Positions 40,383 to 50,580 of a stretch of DNA of 64,000 nucleotides are shown here, piece after piece. Each line of letters begins with the position of its first letter. The first letter of the stretch is position 1. Under the pieces are notes generated by a model that saw nothing but the letters and a program-made list of their open reading frames with translations, did no database searches and was not told the origin of the DNA. Source of the stretch: an uncultured Nitrospiraceae bacterium (GTDB lineage: Bacteria; Nitrospirota; Nitrospiria; Nitrospirales; Nitrospiraceae); contig CAVPLT010000001.1 of the NCBI GenBank assembly GCA_963706325.1, forward strand, positions 1,024,001 through 1,088,000, read 5' to 3'. The translations under genes were made by a program, and so were the position numbers.

Positions 40383-40468
40383 AATGATGAAGGCGTTAGG
40401 CGTGAGGCATACAATTCGATCGGTCGAGCGACGATCTCTGGGTGTCCAACGTGTTCATGTTCTGCCCC

Positions 40469-41662
40469 TTACCCGTCACGCTTTGCGGCTTCAAGCGGTT
40501 GGACTTGCACGGTTGCGCCCTCGCTGACCAAGTCTTTTCCGGACACGATGAGTTGTTCGTCCCCGCTCAGCCCCTTCACCACCTCGACGCGGTTTTCCAC
40601 ACGCGCGCCCAGTTGAACCGGAACCTGATGCGCTTTTCCGTCCTTGACGACATATACATATTGCGACTCTTCCAGCCGGCTCACCGCATCCAACGGAATT
40701 TGAATCGCCTGCGGATGTATTCCCACGAGGACCTCGACTCGGGCGAACATTCCGCCCTTGAGACGGTGATCCTTGTTGGGGAGATCGACTTCGACGGTCA
40801 TCGTGCGAGTGGCGCGGTTCAACGCTTGGACAATGCGGGTGACCGTGCCGGCAAACACCTCATTCGGATAGGCTTCGGCGCGGACATCGGCGCGCTGGCC
40901 GATCTTAATCAGGGGCACATCTTTTTCTACGACCTCGATGAGGGTGCGGACGGTTTCGACGTCATGGACGCTGAGTATGCCGCGGGACATTGTGGAAGTA
41001 CTGGCGGTCGTGCCGCTCACATATGCGCCGGGATCGAGATTGCGTTCCGCAATATACCCCGCAAACGGTGCGCGGATGGAGGCGTAGGTCAGATTGGTTT
41101 CGGCCTGGGCCAGGGCCACCGCCATTTGCTGCACCTGGGCGCGCAACGAGTCTTGCATGGCGAGTGCCGCGTCGCGGTTCACCTCGGCTGTATCCAGATC
41201 CTGCTGGGACACAAACTGGTCCTTGATCAATGCCTGCATGCGATCCAACGTCAGCGCCGCGTTGCGCACGGCGGCGTCTTGTTGAGCGACCTTCGCCTTC
41301 GCGGACAGCAGATTAGCTTTCGCTTGGTTGACCGCATGGACATAGTCGGTGGGATCAATTTCGACCAGCAATTGATTGGCCTTCACCAAGTCGCCCTTGT
41401 CCACGTATACCTTGGCGATATAGCCGTCCACGCGGGAGAAGATATTCACGAGTTGGTTGGGGATGAGGTCGGCCGTATACGTGAGACGCACGTCCAAGTC
41501 TTGCTTAATCGGGCTCATGGTGCCGACGGTGAGAAGGCGGGTTTTTTTAGCGTCCGTCTTGGCTCCGCTGCTGAGACGAAACACGATCAGGGCCGTGACG
41601 GCGAAGAAAAGAATGACTCCCAAGATGACGATCGGATGCCGTTTGAGGGGATTACCGGGCAC
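40469..41662 (-). CDS. RND periplasmic adaptor (MFP)
   Basis: N-terminal TM, lipoyl halves, coiled coil, IRAPFAG, TRT; GTG start after GAGGA. Confidence 0.9.
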   Translation of the reverse strand: MPGNPLKRHPIVILGVILFFAVTALIVFRLSSGAKTDAKKTRLLTVGTMSPIKQDLDVRLTYTADLIPNQLVNIFSRVDGYIAKVYVDKGDLVKANQLLVEIDPTDYVHAVNQAKANLLSAKAKVAQQDAAVRNAALTLDRMQALIKDQFVSQQDLDTAEVNRDAALAMQDSLRAQVQQMAVALAQAETNLTYASIRAPFAGYIAERNLDPGAYVSGTTASTSTMSRGILSVHDVETVRTLIEVVEKDVPLIKIGQRADVRAEAYPNEVFAGTVTRIVQALNRATRTMTVEVDLPNKDHRLKGGMFARVEVLVGIHPQAIQIPLDAVSRLEESQYVYVVKDGKAHQVPVQLGARVENRVEVVKGLSGDEQLIVSGKDLVSEGATVQVQPLEAAKRDG

Positions 41663-42299
41663 GGGACAGTCCTCGCGGATTGTTGGTGGGAGGCGTTGCC
41701 AAGCCCTGAAGGAACAGCTCGACATAGGCCGCCACGATTTCCTGGTGCGAGCAATGTAGCGGCACCTCGAAGATTTCATGTAGGAGTCGATGGTGGACGA
41801 CCATGCCGATAAACGCCCGCGCGGCCAGCAGTGGATCGGTTTTTCGGAAGGCGCCTTCCTTGATCCTAGTCTGGATGTATCCGGCGAGGTATTCGTAAAA
41901 CACGCGGTGCTGTTTGCCGAAAAACATGTCGGCCAATTCGTGGCCTTCCAACGCGCTGAAGAGCAGCAACCGTAACATCGTGGGGTCAGCGCCGGGGCGA
42001 ATGCGATAGCCGGCGATGAGCGTAAAGACGCCATAGTCGTCACGTTTTCGGGCGACCTGCTCGACGGCGCCGAGGAGTTCGCTGAGCTGCGCTTTTTCAG
42101 CGAGGATCGCTGCGTACAGGGCTCGTTTGGTCGGGAAATACTTGAACACCAGGGCTTCGCTGATCCCGGCGGCACGAGCGATTTCCTTCGTCGTCGTGCC
42201 CTTGAAGCCTTTCGCAGCAAATAAGGCGGCGGCGGATGCAATCAGGCTGGCCTGGCGATCACGGCTTGGGCTGCGCGAAAGTGATGTCGTTGGACCCAT
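41652..42299 (-). CDS. TetR/AcrR-family regulator
   Basis: LFAAKGF..TT..IA..AGIS..LVFKYF..K HTH. Confidence 0.92.
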   Translation of the reverse strand: MGPTTSLSRSPSRDRQASLIASAAALFAAKGFKGTTTKEIARAAGISEALVFKYFPTKRALYAAILAEKAQLSELLGAVEQVARKRDDYGVFTLIAGYRIRPGADPTMLRLLLFSALEGHELADMFFGKQHRVFYEYLAGYIQTRIKEGAFRKTDPLLAARAFIGMVVHHRLLHEIFEVPLHCSHQEIVAAYVELFLQGLATPPTNNPRGLSRAR

Positions 42300-42312
42300 G
42301 CTGTCCTGGTTG

Positions 42313-42334
42313 GGTGAGTGAGTAGTCACTCACC
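42313..42334. promoter_or_regulatory. Probable TetR operator
   Basis: Perfect GGTGAGTGA-N4-TCACTCACC dyad between a GATAAT -10 (minus strand) and the tetR start. Confidence 0.7.
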
Positions 42335-42463
42335 ATGAAATTATCACGTGCCTGAAGGGCGAGACAAGGAGATAAGAAAGGAAGTTGAAGAGTCTCATTC
42401 ACGCGGGAGGTGTCCCTGGCTGTGTTTTTCCAGGTCTACGGCATAATTCCAGACGGCGCCTCC

Positions 42464-43000
42464 TTAAGGCGCGGGCGAAGGGCTCTCATTGAATTGGCTG
42501 CGGAAGACCTGACTCTCAAAGAAGATCACCCCCTGGCTCGTGCGCACGTCGTAACGCAGGATGATCTCACTGTCGGCGCCTTGCCAATTGAAGAACTTCA
42601 CGGCGCCTCCGGCGACCTGGCCCGGAGTCCGGTCCAGCGGGCCGAACTTCTGCTGTAGGAAACTCAGGATGCGGTCGTGCGACTCTTTGCCGCTGTACCG
42701 CACCATGACGCGCGCAAAGTTTCCGTCGATCGTGCTGAACCGCATGGAATCAACCGGCGCCGGCCCCAATGTGGGAGTCGTCCCTTTGAGCTCGTACGTC
42801 TGCACCCGGCCACTGTCCTCAATCTTGATGAACGTGTCGGATTCTGAGAAGGCCGCCCCCCAGGGAATGCCCTCGAATCCATTCGAGTCATGCTGCATGG
42901 GAACTGCCAGCGCTGCGGCGACCGGGAGCCACATGGCTAGCATCACGGCTCGAGCAAAGATCGTCCGAGGCGTGCGAAGGATGCAGGTAAGTCGACACAT
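42464..43000 (-). CDS. Secreted hypothetical protein (paralogue of next gene)
   Basis: Signal peptide; GF..IPWG..FARV..Y.G..PGQ..W.G.D.EI..IF.ES. Confidence 0.7.
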   Translation of the reverse strand: MCRLTCILRTPRTIFARAVMLAMWLPVAAALAVPMQHDSNGFEGIPWGAAFSESDTFIKIEDSGRVQTYELKGTTPTLGPAPVDSMRFSTIDGNFARVMVRYSGKESHDRILSFLQQKFGPLDRTPGQVAGGAVKFFNWQGADSEIILRYDVRTSQGVIFFESQVFRSQFNESPSPAP

Positions 43001-43001
43001 A

Positions 43002-43544
43002 TTACTCCGCCGTGTCCGCGATCCGATCCTGGAACCGAGGCGCCAGGTTTCGGCTCTCAATGAAGATGAACCCACGGTCTCGGTTGGCTTGGTAAGTAAG
43101 GCTGATTTCGGTATCCGGCCCGCGCCACGTGTATTGCTGATTGAGCCCCCGCAGCATCTGTCCGGGGAGGCGCTCGATCGCGCCATAGGCCTGTTCGAGA
43201 AATTGGAGCACTTTCGTGTGAGTGTGCGCGCCTTGATAGCGAACGGTGACGCGTGCAAACTGCGCATCGACCGTAGAAAGCTGCAGGCTTTCCACGGGGA
43301 TGTCGGCATAAACCGGGGGACGATCGCGGAATTCGTAATCTGTGGTATGCGAATTGGTGCGCGCGATGGAGAGTTCAGGAATATCGGCGAGAGGCACGCC
43401 CCATGGAATCTGGTGAAACCCCTGTGGATCGTTCGTCATGGTGATGGCAAACGCCGGTCCTGCAGGAAAGGCCAGGAGTGCCCCAAAAACGAGGAGGCGG
43501 CCGATGACGCGGAGGGGTGACCATATCGAAGAGGCGTACAGCAT
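43002..43544 (-). CDS. Secreted hypothetical protein (paralogue of previous gene)
   Basis: Same motif string; GAGGAG RBS. Confidence 0.7.
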   Translation of the reverse strand: MLYASSIWSPLRVIGRLLVFGALLAFPAGPAFAITMTNDPQGFHQIPWGVPLADIPELSIARTNSHTTDYEFRDRPPVYADIPVESLQLSTVDAQFARVTVRYQGAHTHTKVLQFLEQAYGAIERLPGQMLRGLNQQYTWRGPDTEISLTYQANRDRGFIFIESRNLAPRFQDRIADTAE

Positions 43545-43610
43545 GGTCGAAAGTCTCCTCCGGCACGCTACCATGGTTGTCTCGATGGCGGCAACTCTTC
43601 GGCGCTGTTC

Positions 43611-43639
43611 TTGTGAATGATGGACCCCTTGGCTATAAT
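43611..43639 (+). promoter_or_regulatory. Putative sigma70 promoter of phosphonate operon
   Basis: TTGTGA-17 bp-TATAAT, 41 nt before the ATG. Confidence 0.5.
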
Positions 43640-43680
43640 GCGCCTCTTGCGCACATCATGAAGGCGATAGAGGCAGAGGC

Positions 43681-44178
43681 ATGATCGATAGCGACGTATT
43701 TGTGCAAGCGCTCCAAGATATGGGCGTGAATTTTTTTACGGGCGTGCCCGACTCGAACCTGGGCGGGATCATTGAAGAACTGATGACGCGTAAAGCGTAC
43801 ACCCCTGCCGTGCGTGAAGATGAAGCGATCGCGATGGCCGCGGGCGCCTATATGGCCGGGAAGATTCCCGCCGTACTCATGCAGAATTCAGGGCTCGGCA
43901 CTTGCTTGAACACGCTCATTTCCCTGAATATGATGTATCGGCATCCCTGCATTCTGCTCGTCTCCTGGCGGGGGTTCCAAGGCAACGATGCGCCGGAGCA
44001 CCTCGTCATGGGCGAGACGATGTTGCCCTTGCTTGATACCATGAAAATTCCCCACCGCATCCTGTCGGAACAGACGATGACCGACGATCTTCGATGGGTC
44101 GGCCAGACCTTTATGAAACAACGGATTCCGCTTGTGCTCGCGGTCAAGAAAAACATCGTCAAGGGACTGCACCCATGA
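43681..44178 (+). CDS. Phosphonopyruvate/sulfopyruvate decarboxylase alpha subunit (Ppd-N/ComD-like)
   Basis: FFTGVPDS, REDEA, MQNSGLG, APEH. Confidence 0.85.
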   Translation: MIDSDVFVQALQDMGVNFFTGVPDSNLGGIIEELMTRKAYTPAVREDEAIAMAAGAYMAGKIPAVLMQNSGLGTCLNTLISLNMMYRHPCILLVSWRGFQGNDAPEHLVMGETMLPLLDTMKIPHRILSEQTMTDDLRWVGQTFMKQRIPLVLAVKKNIVKGLHP

Positions 44179-44753
44179 GGCCGGAAGAAGGCACCATGCA
44201 GAGCCGAGCGCAGGCCATGGCGGCATTACTGGAAGTATTGACCGATCAGCCGGTCATTATTTGTAATGGCTTTCCGTCTCGCGAAGCGCACAAAATCGCC
44301 GACCGGCCGACCCATTTTTATATGATCGGTTCAATGGGAAATGCGGCGGCGATTGGGCTCGGCGTGGCATTATCCAGGCCTACCAAACAGGTCATTATTT
44401 TTGATGGCGACGGCAATGTGCTCATGGGGATGGGGACTCTGGCGTCGGTGGGGGCCTTGAAGCCAAAGAATTTCATTCATGTCGTCTTCGACAATGAAGT
44501 GTACGGATCGACCGGAAATCAGCCGACCATCTCGAACGTGGTGCCGCTGGAAAAAGTGGCGAAGGCGGCGGGATATGTTCATGTCGAGCGGGTGCTCGAT
44601 CGGGATGATCTTCTGTATGAATTTAAGGACTTGCTGAAGAAAGACGGACCGAGCATGTTGTTGGTCAAGATCAATGAATTCGTCGAGGATGCCGGCCGGG
44701 TCCTTCTTGAGCCGTCGGCGATTACCGCTCGATTCATGAAAGCCATAGAATAG
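44175..44753 (+). CDS. Phosphonopyruvate/sulfopyruvate decarboxylase beta subunit (TPP-binding)
   Basis: FYMIGSMG, DGDG..LM, DN..YGSTG.Q; ATGA overlap. Confidence 0.85.
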   Translation: MRPEEGTMQSRAQAMAALLEVLTDQPVIICNGFPSREAHKIADRPTHFYMIGSMGNAAAIGLGVALSRPTKQVIIFDGDGNVLMGMGTLASVGALKPKNFIHVVFDNEVYGSTGNQPTISNVVPLEKVAKAAGYVHVERVLDRDDLLYEFKDLLKKDGPSMLLVKINEFVEDAGRVLLEPSAITARFMKAIE

Positions 44754-44823
44754 CGCCCGTGTGCTGAGTGCGATGTGTGGGGCCGCTGCGCTCAGTCCCG
44801 ATCCACAGCCTGAGGCATTGAAC

Positions 44824-45918
44824 ATGATACTTTTGAATCCAGGGCCAGTGAACGTGAGCGAACGGGTGCGGCAGGCGTTGATGCATCCGGATATCTGCCA
44901 CCGAGAATCCGAATTCTCCGACCTTTTGTACCGCATTCAGCAGAAATTACTGACCGCCTTCGTGCCCGGGGCAGAGGCCGACTATGTGGCGGTCATACTG
45001 ACCGGCTCGGGCACCGCCGCGGTGGAGTCGGCCGTCATGTCCTGTCTCCCAACGGGGAAGCGCATGCTCGTCCTCAACAATGGCGTCTATGGCGAACGGC
45101 TCTCCACCATGATCGGTCTGCATCGACTCGGCGTCTCTGAACTGAAGTCGGAGTGGCATATCAAGCCGGATCCCGAACGAGTCCGATTGGCCTTACGCCA
45201 ACACCCCGAGGTGCATGCGGTGGCAATGGTGCATCACGAGACGACCACCGGCTTGATCAATCCTGTCAAAGAGATTGCCGAAGTCGTCGATAGTCAAAAC
45301 CGCGTGTTTGTGGTGGATTCCGTGAGCGGCCTCGGGGGAGAGCCGATCGATATTGCCGGGTCGCACATCTATATGGTGGCGGGCACGGCCGGGAAGTGTA
45401 TTCAGGGATTCCCCGGTGTCTCGTTTGTCCTCCTCCGCAAGGGATTTATGGAGCGGATGCGAGGGTATCCCAAACGATCGTGGTATCTCCACATGACTCA
45501 CTATGTTGATGATCAGGGCCGAGGAACCGTTCCCTTTACGCCCGCTGTTCAGGTGTACTATGCATTTGAAGAGGCGTTGAACGAGTTGTTGGAGGAGGGT
45601 GTGGCCAATCGCATGCAGCGGTACAAGCTAACCGCCGCGCGGATCCGCGAACGTCTGGGGCAATTGGGTGTGAAAACATTGCTGCCGCCGGAATGTCAAT
45701 CGAACACGATCACGGCGTTTCGTCTGCCTCCTGGCATCACGTATGCTGCATTGCATGATCAGCTGAAAGCGCGTGGCTATGTCATTTACGCCGGACAGGG
45801 ACAATTGGAAGAGAAGATCTTCCGCATTGCCAATATGGGCGCGCTGACTGAGAAGGACATCCAGGGCTTTCTCGCGGCCTTCGAGCAGGTGCTTGCGGGC
45901 GCTGTCGTGCATACATGA
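44824..45918 (+). CDS. 2-aminoethylphosphonate aminotransferase (PhnW/AepZ-like, class V PLP)
   Basis: LLNPGP, GSGT.AVE, NG.YGER, VHHETTTG, KCIQG.PG, YVIY.GQ. Confidence 0.82.
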   Translation: MILLNPGPVNVSERVRQALMHPDICHRESEFSDLLYRIQQKLLTAFVPGAEADYVAVILTGSGTAAVESAVMSCLPTGKRMLVLNNGVYGERLSTMIGLHRLGVSELKSEWHIKPDPERVRLALRQHPEVHAVAMVHHETTTGLINPVKEIAEVVDSQNRVFVVDSVSGLGGEPIDIAGSHIYMVAGTAGKCIQGFPGVSFVLLRKGFMERMRGYPKRSWYLHMTHYVDDQGRGTVPFTPAVQVYYAFEEALNELLEEGVANRMQRYKLTAARIRERLGQLGVKTLLPPECQSNTITAFRLPPGITYAALHDQLKARGYVIYAGQGQLEEKIFRIANMGALTEKDIQGFLAAFEQVLAGAVVHT

Positions 45919-46634
45919 GAGCGGTCATCCTGGCCGCGGGAGTCGGCAAGCGCCTCTGGCCGGTCACACAGCATAAGCCGAAATGTTTGATTGAGATCGG
46001 TGGGCAGACACTGCTGTCCCGCTATCTCGAGGTGTTGGCTAGCGTCCAAATCCGCGACGTCACCATTGTCGTCGGTTATAAGCAGGAGATGATTCGGGCC
46101 GCGGTGGGCACGCAACACCGGGGGGTGAGCATTTCCTATCTCGTCAACGAGGAGTTCCACCGAGGCAGTATTTCGTCGCTGTGGATCGCCCGCTCGGTGC
46201 TCTCCGACGACGTGGTGATTATGGACGCAGATGTCTTGTTTCATCGTGAGATTCTGCGTCGTCTGGTGACGTCGCCCTTCACGAATTGTTTGCTGATGGA
46301 CGACACGGTGAAGCAGACCGGAGAGGAATGTATGGTGGTGGTCGCGGGGGGACGGGTGATCGCCTTGAGCAAAAAAATGCCGGAACGATACGATGTCGCC
46401 GGAGAGGGCGTCGGATTTCTGAAGGTGCGTCGGGCCGATACCGCGCACGTGATCGGCTCGCTCAAAGGCTATATCGATCAAGGTCGTTGGGAGATGGAAT
46501 ACGAAGACGGGTTGCTGCAGTATTTTCAGGACGTGAAAGTCGGGCATGAGAAAATCGGCGGACTGCCTTGGACCGAGATCGACTTCCCCGAGGATATAAC
46601 GCAGGCCGAGCGCGAGGTCTTGCCCCGGCTCTGA
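45915..46634 (+). CDS. Cytidylyltransferase (LicC/PntC-like)
   Basis: ILAAG.G.RL....PK, DAD, WTEIDFPED. Confidence 0.85.
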   Translation: MRAVILAAGVGKRLWPVTQHKPKCLIEIGGQTLLSRYLEVLASVQIRDVTIVVGYKQEMIRAAVGTQHRGVSISYLVNEEFHRGSISSLWIARSVLSDDVVIMDADVLFHREILRRLVTSPFTNCLLMDDTVKQTGEECMVVVAGGRVIALSKKMPERYDVAGEGVGFLKVRRADTAHVIGSLKGYIDQGRWEMEYEDGLLQYFQDVKVGHEKIGGLPWTEIDFPEDITQAEREVLPRL

Positions 46635-46657
46635 ATCTTCGCGAGACACTGGCTGGC

Positions 46658-48112
46658 ATGAGCGAAAGCACACTACAACGCGGTGCTGAATTGCAGGGAT
46701 TGAGTACGGCCATTCTGCTGCCCGGCGCGGGGCTGTTCGGCGATCGTCTTGGTCGTGGATTGACGGACGTCGGCCCGCTCACTCTCGTCGGAGGCCTGAG
46801 TTTGTTTCAGCGCACAGTGCTGACCTTGCAACGGGCGGGGATTCGCCAACTCATCGTGCTGGCAGGCGCCGATGAAGAATTGCTGAAACATACGCTGGCG
46901 CGGGGGGCGCGGGTCACGATTCCGGTCCGATGGATGCCGATTCGGGAGTTCCCGCTCGATGATACACGCACCTGGGAATCGCTCGCGGCCGAAGTGCCGG
47001 GCTTCTGTTTGATCGCCGGAGTGCAGGCGGTGTTTTCGAAACAGCTCATCGAGCACTTGCGGCAAACGGTACGGGATGGGGAAGCCGTGGTCGTCACGCG
47101 TGAAGCCGGTTCGATCGACCCGCCTATAGGCCGGCGAAACCCGGTCGTGGCGTTTGAGGAAGGTCGGCTCATTTCATTTCATCCCCACGTTGCCGATGAA
47201 CGCCATCAGGTGGCCGCTGATTTGGTGGTCTTGCCGGCGAGCATTCTGAATCCGCCCGGCGAGACGGCCTCCGCGGTGAGCAGTGACCCGATGGACCGGC
47301 TTGGCATGATTCCCGTGCGTCGCTGGCTGGAGCGGGCGGCGGCGGAAGGACGTGTGCGGGTCGTGACCGCGACCTCCCATGCTGGTCTGTGGTATCGCGA
47401 TGTGTGGGACCAATCCAGTGCCGGAATCGCCGAGCGTACCCTCCTTCACTCGCTTAAGGGAGACGCTGAAGGGTTTGTGGATCGGTATTTCAATCGAACC
47501 TTCTCGCGTCTGCTCACAAGCGCCTTCTTGTGGATGAAATGTTCGCCTAATACGATCACCATGATCGCGACGGCGGTCGGACTGCTTTCGGCTCTCGGCT
47601 TCGGATGGGGTACGTACGAAGCTGGAATCATCGCCGCATTGTTGTTTCAGTTGGCGGCAATCATCGATTGCTGTGATGGCGAGGTGGCGCGTCTGACTTT
47701 TACCGAATCGCCGTTCGGCGCCTGGCTGGATATCGCCATGGACAACGTCGTGCATATGGCCATCTTTGCCGGGATCGCCTGTGGAGCCTACCTCCGGCAG
47801 GTCGGGACAGATGGTGATTGGGTACCCGTCGCGCTCGGCGGGGCTGCGGTATTGGGCAATGCAATGTCGTTCTGGTTGGTCACGAAGGCGCAAAAAATCG
47901 GCATCACGCGCGGCTGGAATACACCGAAGCAGGCAGCCTGGTCCGATTTTATCTTGAAGAATGTGGCGAGCCGAGATTTCTCCGTGGTGGTGTTCCTCTT
48001 TGCGATATTGGACAAGCTCGACTGGTTTCTCTGGATGGCCGCGTTTGGCTCAACGGTATTTTGGTTGTTGATGGTTTGGGTCATACGACCTTCGGCACGG
48101 GCCCGTGCTTAA
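46658..48112 (+). CDS. CDP-alcohol phosphatidyltransferase with N-terminal NTP-transferase-like domain
   Basis: PN..T, DCCDGEVAR..GAWLD..D signature. Confidence 0.85.
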   Translation: MSESTLQRGAELQGLSTAILLPGAGLFGDRLGRGLTDVGPLTLVGGLSLFQRTVLTLQRAGIRQLIVLAGADEELLKHTLARGARVTIPVRWMPIREFPLDDTRTWESLAAEVPGFCLIAGVQAVFSKQLIEHLRQTVRDGEAVVVTREAGSIDPPIGRRNPVVAFEEGRLISFHPHVADERHQVAADLVVLPASILNPPGETASAVSSDPMDRLGMIPVRRWLERAAAEGRVRVVTATSHAGLWYRDVWDQSSAGIAERTLLHSLKGDAEGFVDRYFNRTFSRLLTSAFLWMKCSPNTITMIATAVGLLSALGFGWGTYEAGIIAALLFQLAAIIDCCDGEVARLTFTESPFGAWLDIAMDNVVHMAIFAGIACGAYLRQVGTDGDWVPVALGGAAVLGNAMSFWLVTKAQKIGITRGWNTPKQAAWSDFILKNVASRDFSVVVFLFAILDKLDWFLWMAAFGSTVFWLLMVWVIRPSARARA

Positions 48113-49100
48113 AGCAGCCCTTTTTTTCCTCGGGGCGCTGACTCTTTCTTTCCTGATCTGGCACATCGGCATCGAGCGGATCTATGCCGCGGTTGCTGAA
48201 CTGAGTCCTACCGCGATGGCGGCGATCCTTCTGCCGTCCCTTCTCATGTACGTGCTTGAAGCTTACGGCTGGCTTGTGACGCTCGGCGCGTGGGCGAAGG
48301 ATGTGCCGTTTTGGCGAGTGCTGGCCATTCGCACGGCCGGGGAAGTTGTGAACATGACCACGCCCACGGCTTATATGGGCGGTGAGCCGCTCAAGGCCTA
48401 CCTGCTCAAACGACAAGGCGTCCCACTGGTGGAAGGGTTGGCGTCGGTGGTGACGGCGAAAACCACCATGACAATCGCTCAAATTCTCTTCATCATCTGC
48501 GGGATTGGTTTGGGGTTTTGGTTGTTAGGGTCCGAGGGATCGGCCGGACAGACCATCATCGCCGGATTAATCAGCGTGGGACTGCTGGTGTTCGGAGTCG
48601 GCGCGTTTGTCATCGTTCAGCGGCAGGGCATGTTTACTTGGATTTTGAAGGTTCTGCGCCACATCGGCCTGCGGCTGCAGTTTCTGGAATCACGCGAACA
48701 AAAGTTGCTTGAATTGGATCGCACCATCGCTCACTTCTATGCGAAGCAGCGGCCGGCGTTCCTCTTATCCACGGGGCTGTTCCTTCTCGGATGGTTGGCC
48801 GAGGCCTTGGAAGTCTTGGTCATCATTTTCTGCCTGGGACATCCTATTACGGTGCTGTCTGCCGTCGCGATCGGCGCGCTCTCGGTCTTTATCAAGGGCG
48901 GAGCATTTTTCATTCCCGGTAGCCTGGGGGCTCAAGAGGCGGGCAACCTTTTCCTATTGACGGCCTTCGGATACGGGGAAGTCACGGGCATTACCTTTGC
49001 GCTGTTGCGACGCTTCCGAGAATTGGTGTGGATCCTGCTTGGTCTCGCCTGTCTCGTCGTGATGACAAGGGGCAAGGAGGTGATGACGTCTTCCCGCTGA
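48105..49100 (+). CDS. Lysylphosphatidylglycerol-synthase TM/flippase-like membrane protein
   Basis: N..TP...GGE, PGSLG.QE, RR; multiple TMs. Confidence 0.8.
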   Translation: MLKAALFFLGALTLSFLIWHIGIERIYAAVAELSPTAMAAILLPSLLMYVLEAYGWLVTLGAWAKDVPFWRVLAIRTAGEVVNMTTPTAYMGGEPLKAYLLKRQGVPLVEGLASVVTAKTTMTIAQILFIICGIGLGFWLLGSEGSAGQTIIAGLISVGLLVFGVGAFVIVQRQGMFTWILKVLRHIGLRLQFLESREQKLLELDRTIAHFYAKQRPAFLLSTGLFLLGWLAEALEVLVIIFCLGHPITVLSAVAIGALSVFIKGGAFFIPGSLGAQEAGNLFLLTAFGYGEVTGITFALLRRFRELVWILLGLACLVVMTRGKEVMTSSR

Positions 49101-49411
49101 ACAGGCTCTTTGAAGCGTGAATGATAGTGTCTTGGTTTCCGGAAATCGCTGGGCCCTTTCTGCCCCCCTCGCCGCCAGGATCGCAACGTCCCTCCTCATG
49201 CATGATTTCGCGACCGTGCAATTCCGCTCCTTCGCACGGGTGCGATTTCGCACATAGGTAATTTTTCATGTCAATCTAAGGTATTGTCCGAAAGGAAATT
49301 GCACGACAATTCCATTATCAGCTTCACTATATTTCATTATGCAAGTAAGCTTCAGGCGTCAGACGTTCCTTCGTGGTCGATGCTGTAGACTAACCAGGAT
49401 GCCAGCAAACC

Positions 49412-50575
49412 ATGACTCAACCAAATTTTCTAAGTGCTGAGATCCAACCACGGCTGGAAGATCAGGCTCGGACTATGGCTACAGACAAGAAGGATGGGCA
49501 ACTGGTGCTTCCGCTCGAGGACCCCATCGCGGCACTCAATTTTTGTCGAGCATTGGCCGCGGCTATGCAATGCGACGCCCAACCCACGCAGGATCATGGG
49601 CAGGTCTCACAATTACATGTGATCTCAAAGGAGCAGGATGGTGCACGACCGCTCCCCCTGTTGTCGATCGTCATTCCAGTCTTTAATGAGGCTGATAATC
49701 TTCCCACTCTGCATACGCGTCTCACCGACGCGATGAATCGCTTGGGAGTCGACTATGAAATCGTGCTGGTTGACGATGGGAGCAAGGATCAGAGTCCTGA
49801 AATCCTGAAACGTCTGGAGGGTGAGGACTGCCGAATCGTCGTCATCGAGTTTGCGAGAAATTTTGGGCATCAAGTCGCCATCAGCGCCGGGCTTGAGCAT
49901 AGTCGGGGCCGCGCTGTCTGTATTATGGATGCCGATCTCCAGGATCCTCCGGAGGTGTTGCACATGTTCCTTGCCAAGTGGCAAGAAGGCTGGGAAGTGG
50001 TCTATGCCGTGCGCACCGATCGGAAGGAATGGTGGGGCAAGCGGCTCGCCTATGCCGCGTTCTACCGCTTGCTCCAACGGATCGCCAATATCGAGATTCC
50101 TTTGGATGCCGGCGATTTTTGCGTCATGGATCGCCGGGTAGTGGATGAGCTGGTTGGGATGCCGGAACGTAATCGATTCGTCAGGGGTATCCGAAGCTGG
50201 GTGGGCTTCAGGCAGATCGGCGTCCGCTACGAGCGCCAGGCTCGCCATGCCGGCAGTCCCAAATATACGTTTCGGAAGCTGCTCTACCTGGCGCTTGATG
50301 GGCTCGTCTCATTCAGCCACATGCCGCTGCGGATTATCACGATTCTTGGTTTTGCCGTGTCTGCGCTATCGTTCATGGTCGCGATGTTTTATGTCATCAA
50401 GAAGATAACGCTGGGAATCGATGCTCCTGGCTTCACCACCCTCGTCGTCTCGATCTTCTTTCTCGCGGGTATTCAGTTGATGACCATCGGGGTCATCGGC
50501 GAATACATCGGCCGGATTTCAGACGAAGTGAAACACCGTCCGTTGTATGTGGCCCGTCGCGTGACCAGGAGATAG
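49412..50575 (+). CDS. GT2 polyprenol-phosphate glycosyltransferase (GtrB/ArnC-like)
   Basis: IPVFNE, DDGS.D, RNFGH, DADLQDPP, two C-terminal TMs. Confidence 0.9.
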   Translation: MTQPNFLSAEIQPRLEDQARTMATDKKDGQLVLPLEDPIAALNFCRALAAAMQCDAQPTQDHGQVSQLHVISKEQDGARPLPLLSIVIPVFNEADNLPTLHTRLTDAMNRLGVDYEIVLVDDGSKDQSPEILKRLEGEDCRIVVIEFARNFGHQVAISAGLEHSRGRAVCIMDADLQDPPEVLHMFLAKWQEGWEVVYAVRTDRKEWWGKRLAYAAFYRLLQRIANIEIPLDAGDFCVMDRRVVDELVGMPERNRFVRGIRSWVGFRQIGVRYERQARHAGSPKYTFRKLLYLALDGLVSFSHMPLRIITILGFAVSALSFMVAMFYVIKKITLGIDAPGFTTLVVSIFFLAGIQLMTIGVIGEYIGRISDEVKHRPLYVARRVTRR

Positions 50576-50580
50576 CCATC

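Noticed and set aside
43681..44753. Coenzyme M biosynthesis (comDE)
   Set aside because: No comABC nearby, and the neighbours point to activation and lipid transfer of a phosph(on)ate amine
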